Shown here: piece by piece, positions 1 to 12,800 of the stretch
Position numbering within the stretch: position 1 is the first letter of the stretch
How the letters are laid out: each line of letters opens with the position of its first letter
NCBI GenBank assembly: GCA_004764695.1
Contig: SMSO01000032.1
Span: 5,426,483 to 5,490,482 of the forward strand
DNA from: Schizochytrium sp. TIO01
Taxonomy: Eukaryota; Protista; Bigyra: Labyrinthulomycetes
Direction: 5' to 3'
DNA: 64,000 nt
Notes under the pieces: model-generated
What the model saw: the letters and a program-made list of their open reading frames with translations, nothing else
The model's database searches: none
Told to the model about the DNA's origin: nothing
Position numbers and translations under genes: made by a program

Positions 1-578
1 TTACTCGTTTATCTCGAAACTTTCTTTGAGAACCTTGATTTGCTCAGGATGTAGAACTGCACGCACTGGCTACATGAAAAAATCAACTTCTGTTCACTTT
101 GCAAATTTCACCCCATTCAATGATATGATAAAACTGTACACAAAGAAGTCTTCTAGGTCTTCAGAGCTAGAAGTGTTCGGAGCCATCGTTTTTCTTCTAT
201 CGTCCCTACCCAGTCCTGTACTAGTATTTTCTCCCAGAACTAGATTGTGGATGTGCCAAGATTCAACAATATCATACTACAAACGCTTCTATATACGGAC
301 ACTAGGTTCCTCCACATTTGATAATGTTGAGTGCACCTCGTATGGGTGGTAGTAGGGAATACAGGGAACATTTGGGGGGCTTATGAGGACCACTGCTTGG
401 ACAGGGTTGGCGAGGTATTCGAGGGTGGCAAACGAGAAAACTTGGAACAGAGGGTGCTTGCGTCAGTGAATACTTTGTAAGACAACGGGACTGGAGGCAC
501 CCGCGTGAATTCCTGAGCAAAGTTGGTTTTTTGTTAAGCAGGAAGGTCGTCAGTCTCTGCCTTGCGTGAGATTTCAAC

Positions 579-3500
579 ATGGCCGACGACGCCCAGACAC
601 AGCAGCTGGAGCAGGTCCTACTAAGGATCAATGTGCCGAACACAGCTGTCGTTAAGGAAGCCGAGGGCCAAATTAGACAGGCCTTGAAAAACAGAGAATG
701 CGTGGTAGCCATGCTCAAACTTCTGCGGTTCTCGCAACACGTCGCAGTGCGTCAGCTCTGTGCAGTGTTGCTACGACTCCGTCTCGGCGAGGTGTGGACT
801 TCTCTCTCGCCCGAAGTTCGTTCTCAGGCTAAATCTTTTCTTCTTGAGGCCCTCGCTGCAGAGCCTGAGCGCATTGTGTCCTTGAACACAACATACGTTG
901 TTTCGACAGTTGGCAAGCGCGAAATGCGTGATGCCGGAATTCAGGGTTGGCCTGAACTGCTGCAGTTCTTGCAACAATTTGCACAATCCGAGGCACCTCA
1001 GCAACAAGAACTTGCGATGCGTTTGTTTTTCGCGCTCACAGAAACCGTTGGTACCGTGTTCCAGCCACACTTTGCCGACCTGCGACAACTTTATGGACAT
1101 TTGCTACAAAATGCCCAGGATTCTCGTGTGCGAATTGCCGCACTTAAGGCGGCTGGAGCACTCGTGGATTTCCTGAGTAGCGGTGAAGATGTGCTCATTT
1201 TCCGTGACCTTGTGCCCTTGATTGTCCAAGGCCTTGAAGCAAACTATCAGGATGAGGCCGTTGCTGTGCAAGTGCTCGACGTCTTGGGCCAGCTCGCCGA
1301 GAGCCCCGTACCAATTCTGAACAAGAGCATCAAAGATCTCGTGCGTGTAATTCTCACGATCCTTCGTAGCGGCGAGGAGGTGGAAGACGGTATCAAGGAT
1401 GCGGCGGGTATGACTCTTGCTACAGTTTTAGGATGCAAGTCTCGATTTGTGATCAAACATGGTCTGGTGAACCCGATTCTCGAGACTGCTATCCAGGTGC
1501 TCTCGAACGAGTACCCGCGATTTGTGCAAACCATTTCACGCCAAGAGCTTTCCCAGGAGCAAATTATGCTGATGAAACAAAACAACGAGGCTGATGGCGA
1601 GGATGATGGTGAGGATTCCGAGGAGGAACTCGGTGCCAGTCAGTTGGGCCCACGTCTCATCGGCTCGCTAACTGTGAATATCGCTTCTCGGCACATTTTG
1701 GAGCCCCTAGTCCGTGTGGCCTTTGATCATTTGAGCCGTCCGGGTCAGCAGGGTGGCGCTGTCCCTCACCAGTGGCTCGGTTTGAGCTTACTGATCCATT
1801 CTACTGCTGGACTTGCAGAGGAATACACTGAAACTTCCGTGCTCGAAGAAATGCTTAAGCGCGTGGTTCCTATCGCTTGCTCCAGCTCTTCAGCAGTTTT
1901 ACGTGCCACTGCACTGATGTGTCTGACCGAGTGGGTTGAGCACCTTGCTCCGAACATTTGGACTTACATGCCGGATCTCTTGCCGCATGCGGTGCAGCTT
2001 CTTGGTGACCAGAGCGTGGTTGTTCGATCGTGTGCATGTGATCTGATTGAGCTTATTTCTGATGATGTGGACGAAGATGTGATGCAGCCTTACTTGACCT
2101 CGCTTGTGCACAATCTTTTGACTCTCGCAGCGAAGGGCGTTAATGTTTCAATTCAGTCCACTGCGCTATCTGCGCTCAGCAGTGTCATGGTTACCGCTGG
2201 TCCCGCTTTCATGCCATACTTTGATGATGCCTGCCGAGTTATCTGTACCCTTTCGACGCTTGATGATGATAATATGCTGCAGGTTCGTGGCTACGCCACA
2301 TCTGCCTTGGGCAGCCTTGCACTCGCCTGTTCCCGTGAGGATGATTCTCGTGGAGGACAGAATAACCTGGATCGCTACAATCCGCTCATGAACACTGTAT
2401 TGGAAACTGCTAACAAGGGCCTCGAATTCGAAGATATGGAGCTTAACAGGCTTACTTATGCCATGTTGGGCAACCTTGCTGCTGCGTTTGAGAGCAACAT
2501 TGCACCGTGCATGAACCAGATTGTTGAAATTCTTGTGTTCGCCCTGTTTATGGATGACAATATTGAGATTAACGTCCAGGATCCTGAAGGTGTCCTGGTA
2601 CCGGATAGCGTGCGAAGCAAATTCCATTCTGATGATAATGATGGCGAGGGCGATACAAATGGTGAGGGTGGCGACTACGAAGATGATGAAGCTGAAACCG
2701 CCGCAGCTCTTGGTGTGCGTTACGAGTACTCTGTGCGGATGGAGGTCATTGAAGCTAAACAGGCTGCTATGACTGCACTGGGTCAACTTGTAGAGAATGC
2801 CCCCACTGACCGTTTGCGCGAGTTTCTTGAGCCCATTCTTGAGGCATGCATTCGGATGCTCAGCCACGTGCACGAAGAGACGAAGACCATCGCGCTCGAT
2901 ACTATTGCTTTAACTCTTTCTGCATACGCACAAGCTTACCCGCTTGCTCCTCTAGGTGAAGAAGCTCAGGAAGAAGCATTAATGTGGGCAGAGACTTCGC
3001 ATCGCGAGTTGGACCCCTTGCGTCGCTGGCGTGTAGGCTTGCCGCTTCGCTACCATGTGGACCCCACAGTTATTGAGGCCTTGGAGAAGCGTCTGAAACC
3101 AAACTGGTATGACATCATCAATGAGGAGCGTGACAAGTCTGTTGTGACTGCTGCGTTCAACATGATGGAAAAGGTTGTTGCCACTTTGGGACCTGCTGCT
3201 GTGGCGCAGGATCTTGAAAACATTCTCAATGTGTGTGTCATGGTAGTCCAAGGGGAGGCTTCGTGCCAACGGCTTGATCATCTAGATCAGGAGGATGACC
3301 TTGAACAAGATGATGACGATGAGGATGCCGAGGACTCCCGCCGTGCTGGTGTTGCGTTGTTAGAATCTGCTTGTGACCTGTTGGGCATGATTGGCCAGGC
3401 TGTCGGCCCGGCATTTAAAGACTATGCCCCTCAGATCATCAATGTTCTTCTACAAAAATCTAAGCAGTCTGGTAGCAATGCGCTTAGCACGCGCCAGGTG

Positions 3501-4214
3501 ACTATCTGTGGTGCCTTCGCAGAGATTGTGGGTGGCCTTGGACCGAGCGGCTGTGCTGCCTTTGCCAAGGAGCTTATGATGTACGCCGTTTCCCTCTTGA
3601 GCAGCACACACGCATTAGCTCGCCGCAACGCTGCTTTTCTTTTGGGTAACCTCGTTGCTCTTGGTGGCAGCCAACTGCAAGGTGACTCTCAAACTTTATT
3701 CCAATTATTGCAGGCCCTTGAACCCTTGTTCGGCGAAGCTGCCGAGATTGACGCAGCTGCTGCAGAGGCAAACCAGGAAGGACGTCAGCTGAGTTTTGAG
3801 ATTACAGATTCCCAGGCTGTGGTGGATAATGCATGTGGTGCCATTGCTCGCATTCTTCTCCATGCTTCCTCTGGCGCCGTTCCGGCGGAACAGGTTTTTC
3901 CTATGCTCCTTTCCATGCTTCCTCTGCGCTTCGATATGTCTGAGAACTATGCCGTATGTGCCTGTATGCGCATGTGCGTACAATCATCGGACGCAAAGAT
4001 CCAGGCACAGGTTCGTAGCCATATTCGTGAATTGGTAAGCGCAATGGCTCGGACTTTGGTTGCCATTGATGATGAAGATTCAAGCTCCCAGTTCCTTGCC
4101 AAGCAGGAGGTCACACAAATTTTCCAGACTCTTGTTGAGCAAAACAAGGATCAGGTGCTCAGTCTTGTGGCGAGTCTCCCTGAGGAGCAAGCTGCCGCTG
4201 TACAGGCGTTGTAA
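579..4214 (+). CDS. IPO4: Importin-4 (karyopherin beta, Kap123-like), 1211 aa, single exon
   Basis: The N-terminus is IBN_N-like (PNTAVVKEAEGQIRQALKN...VRQLCAVLLRLRL). HEAT-like helices and acidic loops follow. The C-terminal RRNAAFLLGNL...DNACGAIARI...LPLRFDMSE motifs match the importin-4 pattern. Confidence 0.88.
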   Translation: MADDAQTQQLEQVLLRINVPNTAVVKEAEGQIRQALKNRECVVAMLKLLRFSQHVAVRQLCAVLLRLRLGEVWTSLSPEVRSQAKSFLLEALAAEPERIVSLNTTYVVSTVGKREMRDAGIQGWPELLQFLQQFAQSEAPQQQELAMRLFFALTETVGTVFQPHFADLRQLYGHLLQNAQDSRVRIAALKAAGALVDFLSSGEDVLIFRDLVPLIVQGLEANYQDEAVAVQVLDVLGQLAESPVPILNKSIKDLVRVILTILRSGEEVEDGIKDAAGMTLATVLGCKSRFVIKHGLVNPILETAIQVLSNEYPRFVQTISRQELSQEQIMLMKQNNEADGEDDGEDSEEELGASQLGPRLIGSLTVNIASRHILEPLVRVAFDHLSRPGQQGGAVPHQWLGLSLLIHSTAGLAEEYTETSVLEEMLKRVVPIACSSSSAVLRATALMCLTEWVEHLAPNIWTYMPDLLPHAVQLLGDQSVVVRSCACDLIELISDDVDEDVMQPYLTSLVHNLLTLAAKGVNVSIQSTALSALSSVMVTAGPAFMPYFDDACRVICTLSTLDDDNMLQVRGYATSALGSLALACSREDDSRGGQNNLDRYNPLMNTVLETANKGLEFEDMELNRLTYAMLGNLAAAFESNIAPCMNQIVEILVFALFMDDNIEINVQDPEGVLVPDSVRSKFHSDDNDGEGDTNGEGGDYEDDEAETAAALGVRYEYSVRMEVIEAKQAAMTALGQLVENAPTDRLREFLEPILEACIRMLSHVHEETKTIALDTIALTLSAYAQAYPLAPLGEEAQEEALMWAETSHRELDPLRRWRVGLPLRYHVDPTVIEALEKRLKPNWYDIINEERDKSVVTAAFNMMEKVVATLGPAAVAQDLENILNVCVMVVQGEASCQRLDHLDQEDDLEQDDDDEDAEDSRRAGVALLESACDLLGMIGQAVGPAFKDYAPQIINVLLQKSKQSGSNALSTRQVTICGAFAEIVGGLGPSGCAAFAKELMMYAVSLLSSTHALARRNAAFLLGNLVALGGSQLQGDSQTLFQLLQALEPLFGEAAEIDAAAAEANQEGRQLSFEITDSQAVVDNACGAIARILLHASSGAVPAEQVFPMLLSMLPLRFDMSENYAVCACMRMCVQSSDAKIQAQVRSHIRELVSAMARTLVAIDDEDSSSQFLAKQEVTQIFQTLVEQNKDQVLSLVASLPEEQAAAVQAL

Positions 4215-5615
4215 TTCCCATTCTTACACATTTAAAATGAGGGCTGTGATCTAGTATGTGCGATCCGAAAATAAGGTACATAACTATAATACGTTGAAAA
4301 CACAACTGTACTGCACAGTGTTTGCAATTTTCGTTACAGTAGTAGGTCTCCTTCGTTCTATTATTGCTGAAGTAGTGCAAAAAGACGATTTTGATGGTTA
4401 ACTAGAATTAGACACGCCTATTTTCTTTTTAAAGTAATCAGTGAATAGCAATATAAGTTTCTGCTCACAATGGAATCACAAATTTAAAAAAAAATCAAAT
4501 GGACTCTCCCTGTTAGGGCATGTAGTTTTTAATAGCTACTCGTCATACATTATGACTGATACTTTCAGTTTTCCATATCTTTGGAGAACATACAATATAT
4601 CATTGGTCCTGGTCAGACTCTATATAGAAATTGTAAACAACTCTTCATTTGAAAGAATTTTAGAATATAGAGCTCCTCATGTTTTCTCCGCGTGGGGGAG
4701 CGGGAAATCAAAGTCACCTGCCGATTTTCTCTATTTTTTTGTGTTTTCATAATGAAGCGAATGTCAAAGAACGCTATATTCATTGTCACACAGTTTATCC
4801 TTTTCAAGACATGCGACCCCAAAGATTCGATAGGTCATAATGCGATCTAAAAAGGAATGTAAATTGGGGATCGGTAACAAGACCACAAAGTATTATGATG
4901 GTTAGGTTGGTTTGAGTACTAGTAGGCATGAGGTAGCTAAAGCGAGTAAACTTGACTTGAAGTAAAAGGTAGCTACTAGCTAGTTAGCTCCTTCGTCCTA
5001 CTACAAATGATAGGTAGGTTGATATTGTTAGGTAGGTAGGTTTTTATAGAGAGAAGATAGTGATCGTGCCAGAATCGGGAAGGGTAAGCAGAATAGTGCG
5101 CGGTGCTGTCGTTTGTCGAGGCCATTGAATGTAGTTGATAAGAAATTGACATGATTAGAAATGGCTGATTGATCATGATCAGGGCGGGCACTAAAGGGAG
5201 GACGACCTACATTATGCACATACACGCACACTTGCGTTGAAACTGAAAGGCGTAAAATTTGCAGGCAGCAAGAGAGCCTTTCTCCGCAGCGTGGAAAAGA
5301 ACAGGGCACGATGAGCGCTTAGATAATGGGTCACTTGTGCTGAACACCGCTGGTATGTGAAATTTTCTTCTTTCTCAGAGGTTTGATAAAGAAGTAATAT
5401 CCATCGCGAAAAAAAAATAAAAAAAATTCTCGCAGGTGCTGTTAAACCCCTACAAGCACCATTCGGGGGAGGGGGGAAGAGGCGAAGATTCCAGCAAGGC
5501 GGTGCAGCCAATAAGAGTTGCACAACGTTCGCCGACGCAACTCTAGATTGCAATGGTGCTTGGAGAATGAGAGAGGAAGAAAGAAAGTCGCGGCGTGGGA
5601 GAAAACAGAGTGTGC

Positions 5616-6827
5616 TCAGTTGGCTTGTCCTGTGGGGCGAGACTTGCCTGCAGCCACAGCTGTCCGGCCGACGATTTTAGCATCGGGGAGCGGGCTGTAG
5701 AAAACGGTTGTGACAAATTTACTCTGGTAGCGTTGGGTAACACCAAGGACCATGAGGTTCTCTTTGATAGCGCTACAGTAAAGATGGTTAAGCGTAACAT
5801 GCTGCGGAATCTGCATAGATTTTGCTGCTATGGTGTCATCAGTCTGCGGCGTATTGAGGATAATGTGCCTCAAGTGTGGTGGCAAAGGTGGCGGCTCCTT
5901 AGCGTACCACTGAGGATCCTCCGGATCTGGTCGAAAATTCCCATACAGGGAATCGTCGGTAATGTGGTCCTTATTCTGTAGGGACTTCATATCGGCGCCG
6001 TATGTTTCCTTAAAATCTGTCAAGTCCACAAAGTTGTTAATGTATCCGTGTGGGTCAGCCACAGTAGGTTGATCAGGTGCGAAGCGCCACTCGTCGTCTA
6101 CAATAAATTTGTATGCGTGTTTGCCACGCTTGAGCTCGCGAATGTACAGGAAGTCATTTCCGGACCTCCTCATCGGGATCTTCTCCGTCCAACGATTGAA
6201 GGTTCCCGTGATGTACACATTTCTGCCGCCTCCATCCCACCTAAAGACCATGGGTACTTTATCGTCCCTCTCGAGATCCTCTAGCATTTCATCGACTTCT
6301 TCCTCGGAAATCTCTGCTCCTCCTGCATTGGTTCCTGCATTCGCCACTGGCGTCATCCTTGGGTCATGGTCAGCCCCTTGTTGTTGCTCTTGTTGTCCTT
6401 CTTCAACCTGCTGTTGCTCTTGTCCTTGCGTCGTAACTCCTCGGTTCACTCCCGCTCTACTTTCGCTCTTATCGTACATGTTCACATCCGAGCCCACGCC
6501 ACGCCCTGAGCGCCCTCGCGCAGGGCTTGACTGTTTCGCCATCGGCGCACCTGTGCGTACACCGTTTCCGCTCCCTCCGCTAACATTGCTGTTCACGTTT
6601 GTATTAGGATTGTTGTTTACGTTTCGGATGTTCGCGCTGTTGGAGGCGCTGTTAATGGTGTTATTTGCGCTGCTGGCACTAGCGGAGGGAGTTGAACCGT
6701 GGAAAGCCGGAGCTGCAGGGTCACCGGGCGTTCGTAGACCGGGCTCATAGTGGGTCTGAAGGTCGAGGCGAGGGCGAGCCTTGTCATCGAGGCCGAGCTC
6801 GTCCTCCTTACCGACCAGGTTGCCCAT
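5616..6827 (-). CDS. PRKAB: AMPK/SNF1 kinase beta subunit, 403 aa
   Basis: It begins with an MG (N-myristoylation-type) start. It has a CBM48 glycogen-binding domain (VPMVFRWDGGGRNVYITGTFNRW...YKFIVDDEW) and a C-terminal ASC domain (PPPLPPHL...HVTLNHLY...RYQSKFVTTVFY). Confidence 0.95.
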   Translation of the reverse strand: MGNLVGKEDELGLDDKARPRLDLQTHYEPGLRTPGDPAAPAFHGSTPSASASSANNTINSASNSANIRNVNNNPNTNVNSNVSGGSGNGVRTGAPMAKQSSPARGRSGRGVGSDVNMYDKSESRAGVNRGVTTQGQEQQQVEEGQQEQQQGADHDPRMTPVANAGTNAGGAEISEEEVDEMLEDLERDDKVPMVFRWDGGGRNVYITGTFNRWTEKIPMRRSGNDFLYIRELKRGKHAYKFIVDDEWRFAPDQPTVADPHGYINNFVDLTDFKETYGADMKSLQNKDHITDDSLYGNFRPDPEDPQWYAKEPPPLPPHLRHIILNTPQTDDTIAAKSMQIPQHVTLNHLYCSAIKENLMVLGVTQRYQSKFVTTVFYSPLPDAKIVGRTAVAAGKSRPTGQAN

Positions 6828-7397
6828 ACTGCCGGCTAAGGACCGCCTGCGCGCCCTCTTCGCGCGCCAGGCCTGCCACGCCTCGCGCAGCGTCTCCAGA
6901 TATCAATGAAGGCGGTCAAGCCGATCGTGGAGGTAGTGAGAGCGCAAACGCGACGGAACTTGAGACGGAGACCGAGTTAATTGTGAAGAAAAAGATGTTG
7001 ACAACAAAGATGGAGATTTGATATAACCAAGAAAGTCCAACACGCCAAGTCCTACACTCGAAAATCACGGTACCAAGGTCAGCTTTAAGGGTCTATCGAA
7101 ACCTCTGCTAACCTCCCTCCTTGTCGCGCCGGCGCTAGCCCAATCTAAGCTCCTACGCGGGCTTGGAGCGACCTGCCGAGAGACCGGGTGCCAGCAGGAA
7201 ATGAACACGCCAAAATCCAGCCGAGACGACCGTGCGAAAATCCTCCGTCAAAAGCGGTGCTAGCTATAAGGACACGCCAGCCGACAATTGGTGAGGTTAT
7301 AGCTCGCGCCTGCCGCGGCGCCCGCGCCGCCTGTGCCTAGCAGCGTGCTCGCCTTCCTTTCCTGCTTCTGCTTTGGCTGCGCTTTCTCTTTCTCCCT

Positions 7398-7428
7398 TTT
7401 CTTTCTTTCTTTCTTTCTTTCTTTCTTT
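7398..7428. repeat. (TTTC)n microsatellite
   Basis: The tetranucleotide run is directly visible. Confidence 0.9.
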
Positions 7429-8046
7429 TTATTACTACTACATATGATATCATTCCCTTTCCAACACTCTTTCTTTGTATTTCTTCTTTCCTCCTTTGCT
7501 CCTCTCTTTAAACAACATACTCATACTATACATATACAAACATACATATAACCAAATCTATTTTAAATCAAACAATCAAACAATCAAACAAACAGACGAG
7601 CAATTAAAGTCACTTTTAATGGGCACCCTCCTAGTGCCTCTAGATACACGTATCTCTATGCCTGCCTTTGCTAATACCAGGGCCTATCGCACTCCTACTG
7701 ATAGGTCTAAGTGCGGGATGGATGTAGAACATTTTTAATTCTTCATGTGTTTCTTAATTCTGCATGTACGCCACGGTAGGAGTGCCTTATGGACACCTAT
7801 GGTGCCCAAGATAAAGGCAGCGACAGAGTAATTGGATGCTTAATCTTGCTTGTAGAATACCAAGTCTGAAGCAGCTTTATCTCCCCTTCTCCCAGAGCTT
7901 TGTGGCCGGGGAGCTGAGGTGGTCCATGGCAGCCGGGAAAAGGCATTTGACACGAGGTGTCCTAAATCCCACGAGCCAGGCTGCCTGATTTGCCAGTGGT
8001 CTTGAGCATGACATCGCATCTTCTGATCATGAATGCGAAATCTCAC

Positions 8047-8047
8047 A

Positions 8048-8090
<43 letters not shown>
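8047..8090. repeat. (AAAG)11 microsatellite
   Basis: The perfect tetranucleotide run is directly visible. Confidence 0.95.
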
Positions 8091-8091
<1 letters not shown>

Positions 8092-8685
8092 AGAAAGACC
8101 GCTTTAATTGAGAAAACAGTTTCTGATAGAGTAACATGTAAACTGAAAACATTTTTCTTTGATACACTAAAAGCTAAGCCCTCAATAGCACTAGGTAGGA
8201 TGTATCCTACAGTAGCATTAATGAGGGCGATCTTTCTCTGCTTTTTTGTGGTACTAGGCGCCACTAGGCCTTCCTATATTTCTTCATAATTGCGCACTTC
8301 TTTATACTTACATTTTAAAAACTAATTAATTAAATGAACAAAGAAAAGAAGAAAAAAGTATCCTACGATTTTCGGTTGCTTGTTTTTGTTAGGACTGAGA
8401 GAAAGTGGGCGCAACGCAAGCAACTTCTACGGTTTGGGATACAAGGCCGGTAATGGCGGCGGCGGGAACTTTCGGAAAGAGAGAAAATACTAACTTGAAA
8501 GTCCAATGTAAGCAGAAAAGGGCGGCGAGGAAAAAGGATTTTTGCGCCATGTATTTATTATATGGCGATCATTCTAAATCTTTCCATCCACTCCGTAATA
8601 ATAGTAAAAAGAAAAAAGGCCTCTCATTCATGCGTGCTTCTTCTACTATTTTCAGTAGGCACCTCCTATCCGGATGGAACTTTGA

Positions 8686-8851
<166 letters not shown>

Positions 8852-9376
8852 AAAAAGGATTTTCCTACCTTTCTCGCTAGGCGCCCAGCTGCTAGTGAGG
8901 GCCTAGCGATTGCTATGGTTATGGATTGCAGTAAGAGGACTCCTATCGATGATGAAGGCGCCAACAGATGTGCTGCAAAACACAAACATGGTTTCTGATC
9001 CCTCGCGAGCAAATGAAAAGCACGCACTCAAGAAGATATGCACGGTTCTGCAAGGTTGACAGCAACAGTTCTAAGAACTCAGGGCACTTTGGCTTCATGA
9101 CTTTGACATGACTTGGGCTCCACGAATTTGTGCATTTGGCTTGGGCTGTAGATAGAAGCAATGCATAATTGATAGCTAGCTAACTAGGAGTAGTATGCGG
9201 TCGTTTTCACTGGTATTTGGATGGATTGTTTCGAGGTCCGCAACAACGATGGCATCACAAGGACTGGTTCTCTGGCGATGAATTTAGTTCACTGCGAGGC
9301 CACCCGAGGAAACAAACGCAGCACGCATCTCTGGCCTCTACTCAGAACAAGTTGTGCCACGTAGGTAGGAACCGAA

Positions 9377-9785
9377 ATGAAGCACATGTACGAATCGGGA
9401 TGGCAGACGGATTTTCATGTAGTCTTCGCGGAGGTTGTTGGCATCAACAAGGCGTGGCGCCACGTTGTGCAGTCGAAAATGCGAATTACCAAGCCAAAAC
9501 CAAAGCTGCGCGCCTCGAGCAACCGCGAGCAAGCGATTAGCCTTCAATCTCTACAACCGCCCGATCCGATTGGTAGATGTGCTTTGCTTCTGGCAGCATT
9601 TCCTCAGATACCTGGAAGAGCACCTCCTCAAGGGGATTGACGAGCACCCGGAAAACTTCACAAAAGCGACCCTTCCTACTACGATAATGACGTGGTCCTG
9701 TTCCTGCTACAGACTATTTGGGCAGTCAGCCAGCCCTAGCAACCCAAGTTTGGCAGCACGTAGGCACCTACCCATCATTTCATGA
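9377..9785 (+). pseudogene. Decayed coding-like fragments, possibly F-box-like
   Basis: Protein-like segments lie in shifting frames (DFHVVFAEVVGINKAWRHVV; AFNLYNRPIRLVDVLCFWQHFLRYLEEHLLKGID) with no continuous ORF. The family is guessed only from the NKAWRHVV motif. Confidence 0.22.
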
Positions 9786-11183
9786 AGAAATCAATAAGAA
9801 GGTGTGAAGATCACGAAGACACAGATGAGAGATGTGCTGCCAGAAACCTCATCTTTTTTCTAAGTCAATCAGGAGCAGAAGCTGAGAAGACCAACCATGA
9901 AACACAAATCGCAGACAGAGGCTTTGACCGCTCCCGTCAAGCACAGCTTACCACTTCTAGCAGGTACCTAGGTATTAGATAGTGCCTACGCGTGTGTCTT
10001 ATTCATTTGTGTCTTATTAATAATAAAATATCAAAATACGTCCTAGCCTTTCCTTTCCTTTCCTTTCCTTGCTTCCTTCCACTGCTCAGTGCCCACATAC
10101 TATAGCAGGAACCATATCCAATCTCTGTGCCGAGAACACCGTACGCTCAGCTCAAAGAAGCCATCGTGTGATTACACTGCTAACACTGAGGCTAGGTACT
10201 TTGTTACCTAGAGTGTTGCCATGGCACTGACTTCAGGCTCTACAATGAGCTAAACCAACGAGCCCAGAACTCACAATTGACTGGCGCCGGTTAAAATGTT
10301 GTGTTTTCCTTGTCCAAGAGCGTCAAGCTCGGCGAATATCTATCATCGATACCATCATGCTAATCATAGTGCTCTGAGTTGTTAAAGGCTACTTCTGTGG
10401 TGTGTTTTCGTCGTCGGCTAGTGGGTGAGGTTTGAAGAAGAGCAGTGGAGGACCTTTGAAAATAAAATAAAAGCGCAGACCAAATTTTAAGAATTGGGTA
10501 CGGCTAGCGGTAAGTAGTAAACTCAAAGCATGATGACCTCTGAGTAGCGGACTTGTACTTTTTAGATATTCATAACGCTCACTCGTGGGACTTTCTCAAG
10601 CATTTTACACCTCAAAACTCTGGTAGGTGCATTTTTTGAAATGAGCATTGTGCAGCGATTGTACGCTCTAAAAGAAACCACCGTCTTTGTTATTTACCGC
10701 CGCGACAATGAAAACAAAACGAGTCAAGTAAGAATGGGTAATATGAAGGTGCTGATATATTTTGCTTATTGGCATCCCAAATTGTCAATTAAGTTTATGT
10801 TTCAAGGACGTGGACGAACAAAATTCCCAATTGTTGAGTCTTGTTGTGATGCAATTCAATCCAAATACAGAGAGGGAGCAATCAGAAGAGTCGGAAATAC
10901 TTTGCAGGAGCCACATTGCACACACATTATGTATGAACTAGAGATAAGGGCTGCCCTCGGTTCTGTTTTATTTGTTTGTTTGCTAAGTTTTGGACGCTTT
11001 CTATACGACAGCAGGCACCATGACATCCGCCCACGCTCCAAACTAAGAAGAGCTTTCAAGAGTTTGAAGGCGCAGGCACGAAGGTAATTTTGTAGGGGGA
11101 ACATCATAAACAACATATTCATGGTATTTTCCAAGTTGCCGACTCGCGGTCATGATCAGGAAGATCAGATGACGCAGGATGAG

Positions 11184-11211
11184 TATATATATATATATAT
11201 ATATATATATA
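11184..11211. repeat. (TA)n microsatellite
   Basis: The run is directly visible. Confidence 0.9.
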
Positions 11212-11959
11212 ATGCGTACTATTTGCGAACAAGTTCGCTGCCAATTCTTCATGGAGTAGTTTAAATTGTATGGACATTCGTTTTCCTGAACAAACAATAT
11301 CAACAAGAAAAAAACAAAAACAAAAACAAAAATAAAAGATCAAAAGGGAGCATGAATATTTTCGGTGGTTTATTATTGTGGGTGAACGATTCTTATCACG
11401 CCCGCATTAAGAACGAAATATAAACACAGGGCTTGCAAGCGATGAATTTCTCCATCGCGGAATCGCGAACTGATTCGTATATGAGGAATCACATGATTGT
11501 TATCAAATGATTCTGAAGCGGAAATACCATGCATCAAAGGACATGTGGATCGTTTCAAATTCTCTCTTTGCAAAAACACGGGTCGTTATGAGTACATAGT
11601 AAGCGAGTCCAGAACAGTGTTTTGATGAACACCACTTGAATCAAGTGAAGCGGCATCAGCTTCGCATCGGTAGATAGAGTATTGTTAGGAAAATCATAGG
11701 TCAGGTTGGGTAATCTCTGATCAGAGCAGAACAGGGTTTTTGCTAGGGAGGTAACAGTTGCATAAAGGTGGACTTATACCTGCATTCTTAGTGACTAGCT
11801 GGTTTAGAGACGTTTTCATGTTGACATTTTTATGTTTGCGGAGGAGAGATGAAGGGATTAAACCTCTCAAAGCTTCTCAAAGAGGTGCGCAAGAATGGCT
11901 TATGCCGAAGTTACCTTTGAATAACCGCGGCGGCACCAGCAACTCTACGATTTGCCAGA

Positions 11960-12800
11960 TTATTCTGAGGCGTGTGCGTCATCTGTGTGAACATACTCCT
12001 CGACATCCTCTTGATTTGACGCATGTTCCAATGTAGGTACCGGTTGTTGTGGCCTCGGTACAGACAACTTAACTTCCACAGGGCGACGCTGTCCTACACA
12101 TGGTTTGGTAAAGGTTTTGGCATACGACTGATAGTGCTTGAAGAAAGAAAGAGACGCTAAGTCAATCATATCCACCACCTGAAGCAAAGAGAATAAGGCA
12201 GTTGGACTCTCACTGGTCGGCACGGAGTGCGCGCGGACCATTTTAGCAAATTCCCGATAGCTTTCCTCAAGAACGAGCGCCCCGCCGTTTTCGATGAGGA
12301 AGAACGAACGCAGAACGCATTCCTTCACAAGAGAGACATACACGGAAACCTGAGCTGCACCCCAGTTCTTCTCGCTAGCATTCTTAAAGGAGAGGAAGAG
12401 CAAATCCACAAAAACATCCCTGTAAATCATATCTGTATCTTGCGAGTCTGACAACTGGGGTAGTTCCACTAATTGCCCAAATAAACTGTTGTTCCGTACA
12501 TTACAAAATCAAATCCACAAACGCATTGCAAGCAAATTACCCAGTCCACGCCAAGTCAGTATTGATGTTCTTAATCAACTAATGCATTCATGCCTGTGAC
12601 CACGTGATATCGCCATTGAAATTCTCAGGCGCTTTGGTCGCTGTACTTCCATCGAAAAGTCCCCTGTCCTGAGCAGAAATCTCGCTCGCTCGTACTTACT
12701 CAAATTGTGCTTTGGGTTCATCGACCAGGCGTCCTAGAGCCTCAAGATCGCCCTCAGAAAGGTCTCTCCAGAGCAACGTATTCGTAGACATGGCAGCCAT
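11960..12800 (-). CDS. Flagellar C1a-32/CLAMP-domain protein (CFAP119/CABCOCO1-like); exons 12800-12700 and 12485-11960
   Basis: Exon 1 (MAAMSTNTLLWRDLS...AQF) joins exon 2 in frame across a GA|GTAAGT...TACTGAC...AACAG|T intron (12699-12486). The motif SYREFAKMVRAHSVP...LFSLLQV..MID....FFKHYQSY...F matches the C1a-32 family pattern. Confidence 0.72.

Noticed and set aside
1680-1692. ATCGCTTCTCGGC matching the 5' end of U2 snRNA
   Set aside because: It lies inside the importin-4 CDS and lacks the GTAGTA branch-pairing and Sm sites, so it is a chance match.
2166-6750. Long antisense ORFs such as 2166-2873 (-) and 6109-6750 (+)
   Set aside because: They lie opposite well-supported importin-4 and AMPK beta genes and have no recognisable motifs.
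10641-11087. Continuous 148-aa ORF
   Set aside because: The middle is AT-rich and intron-like with no protein motif. At best it is part of the small spliced candidate listed under findings.
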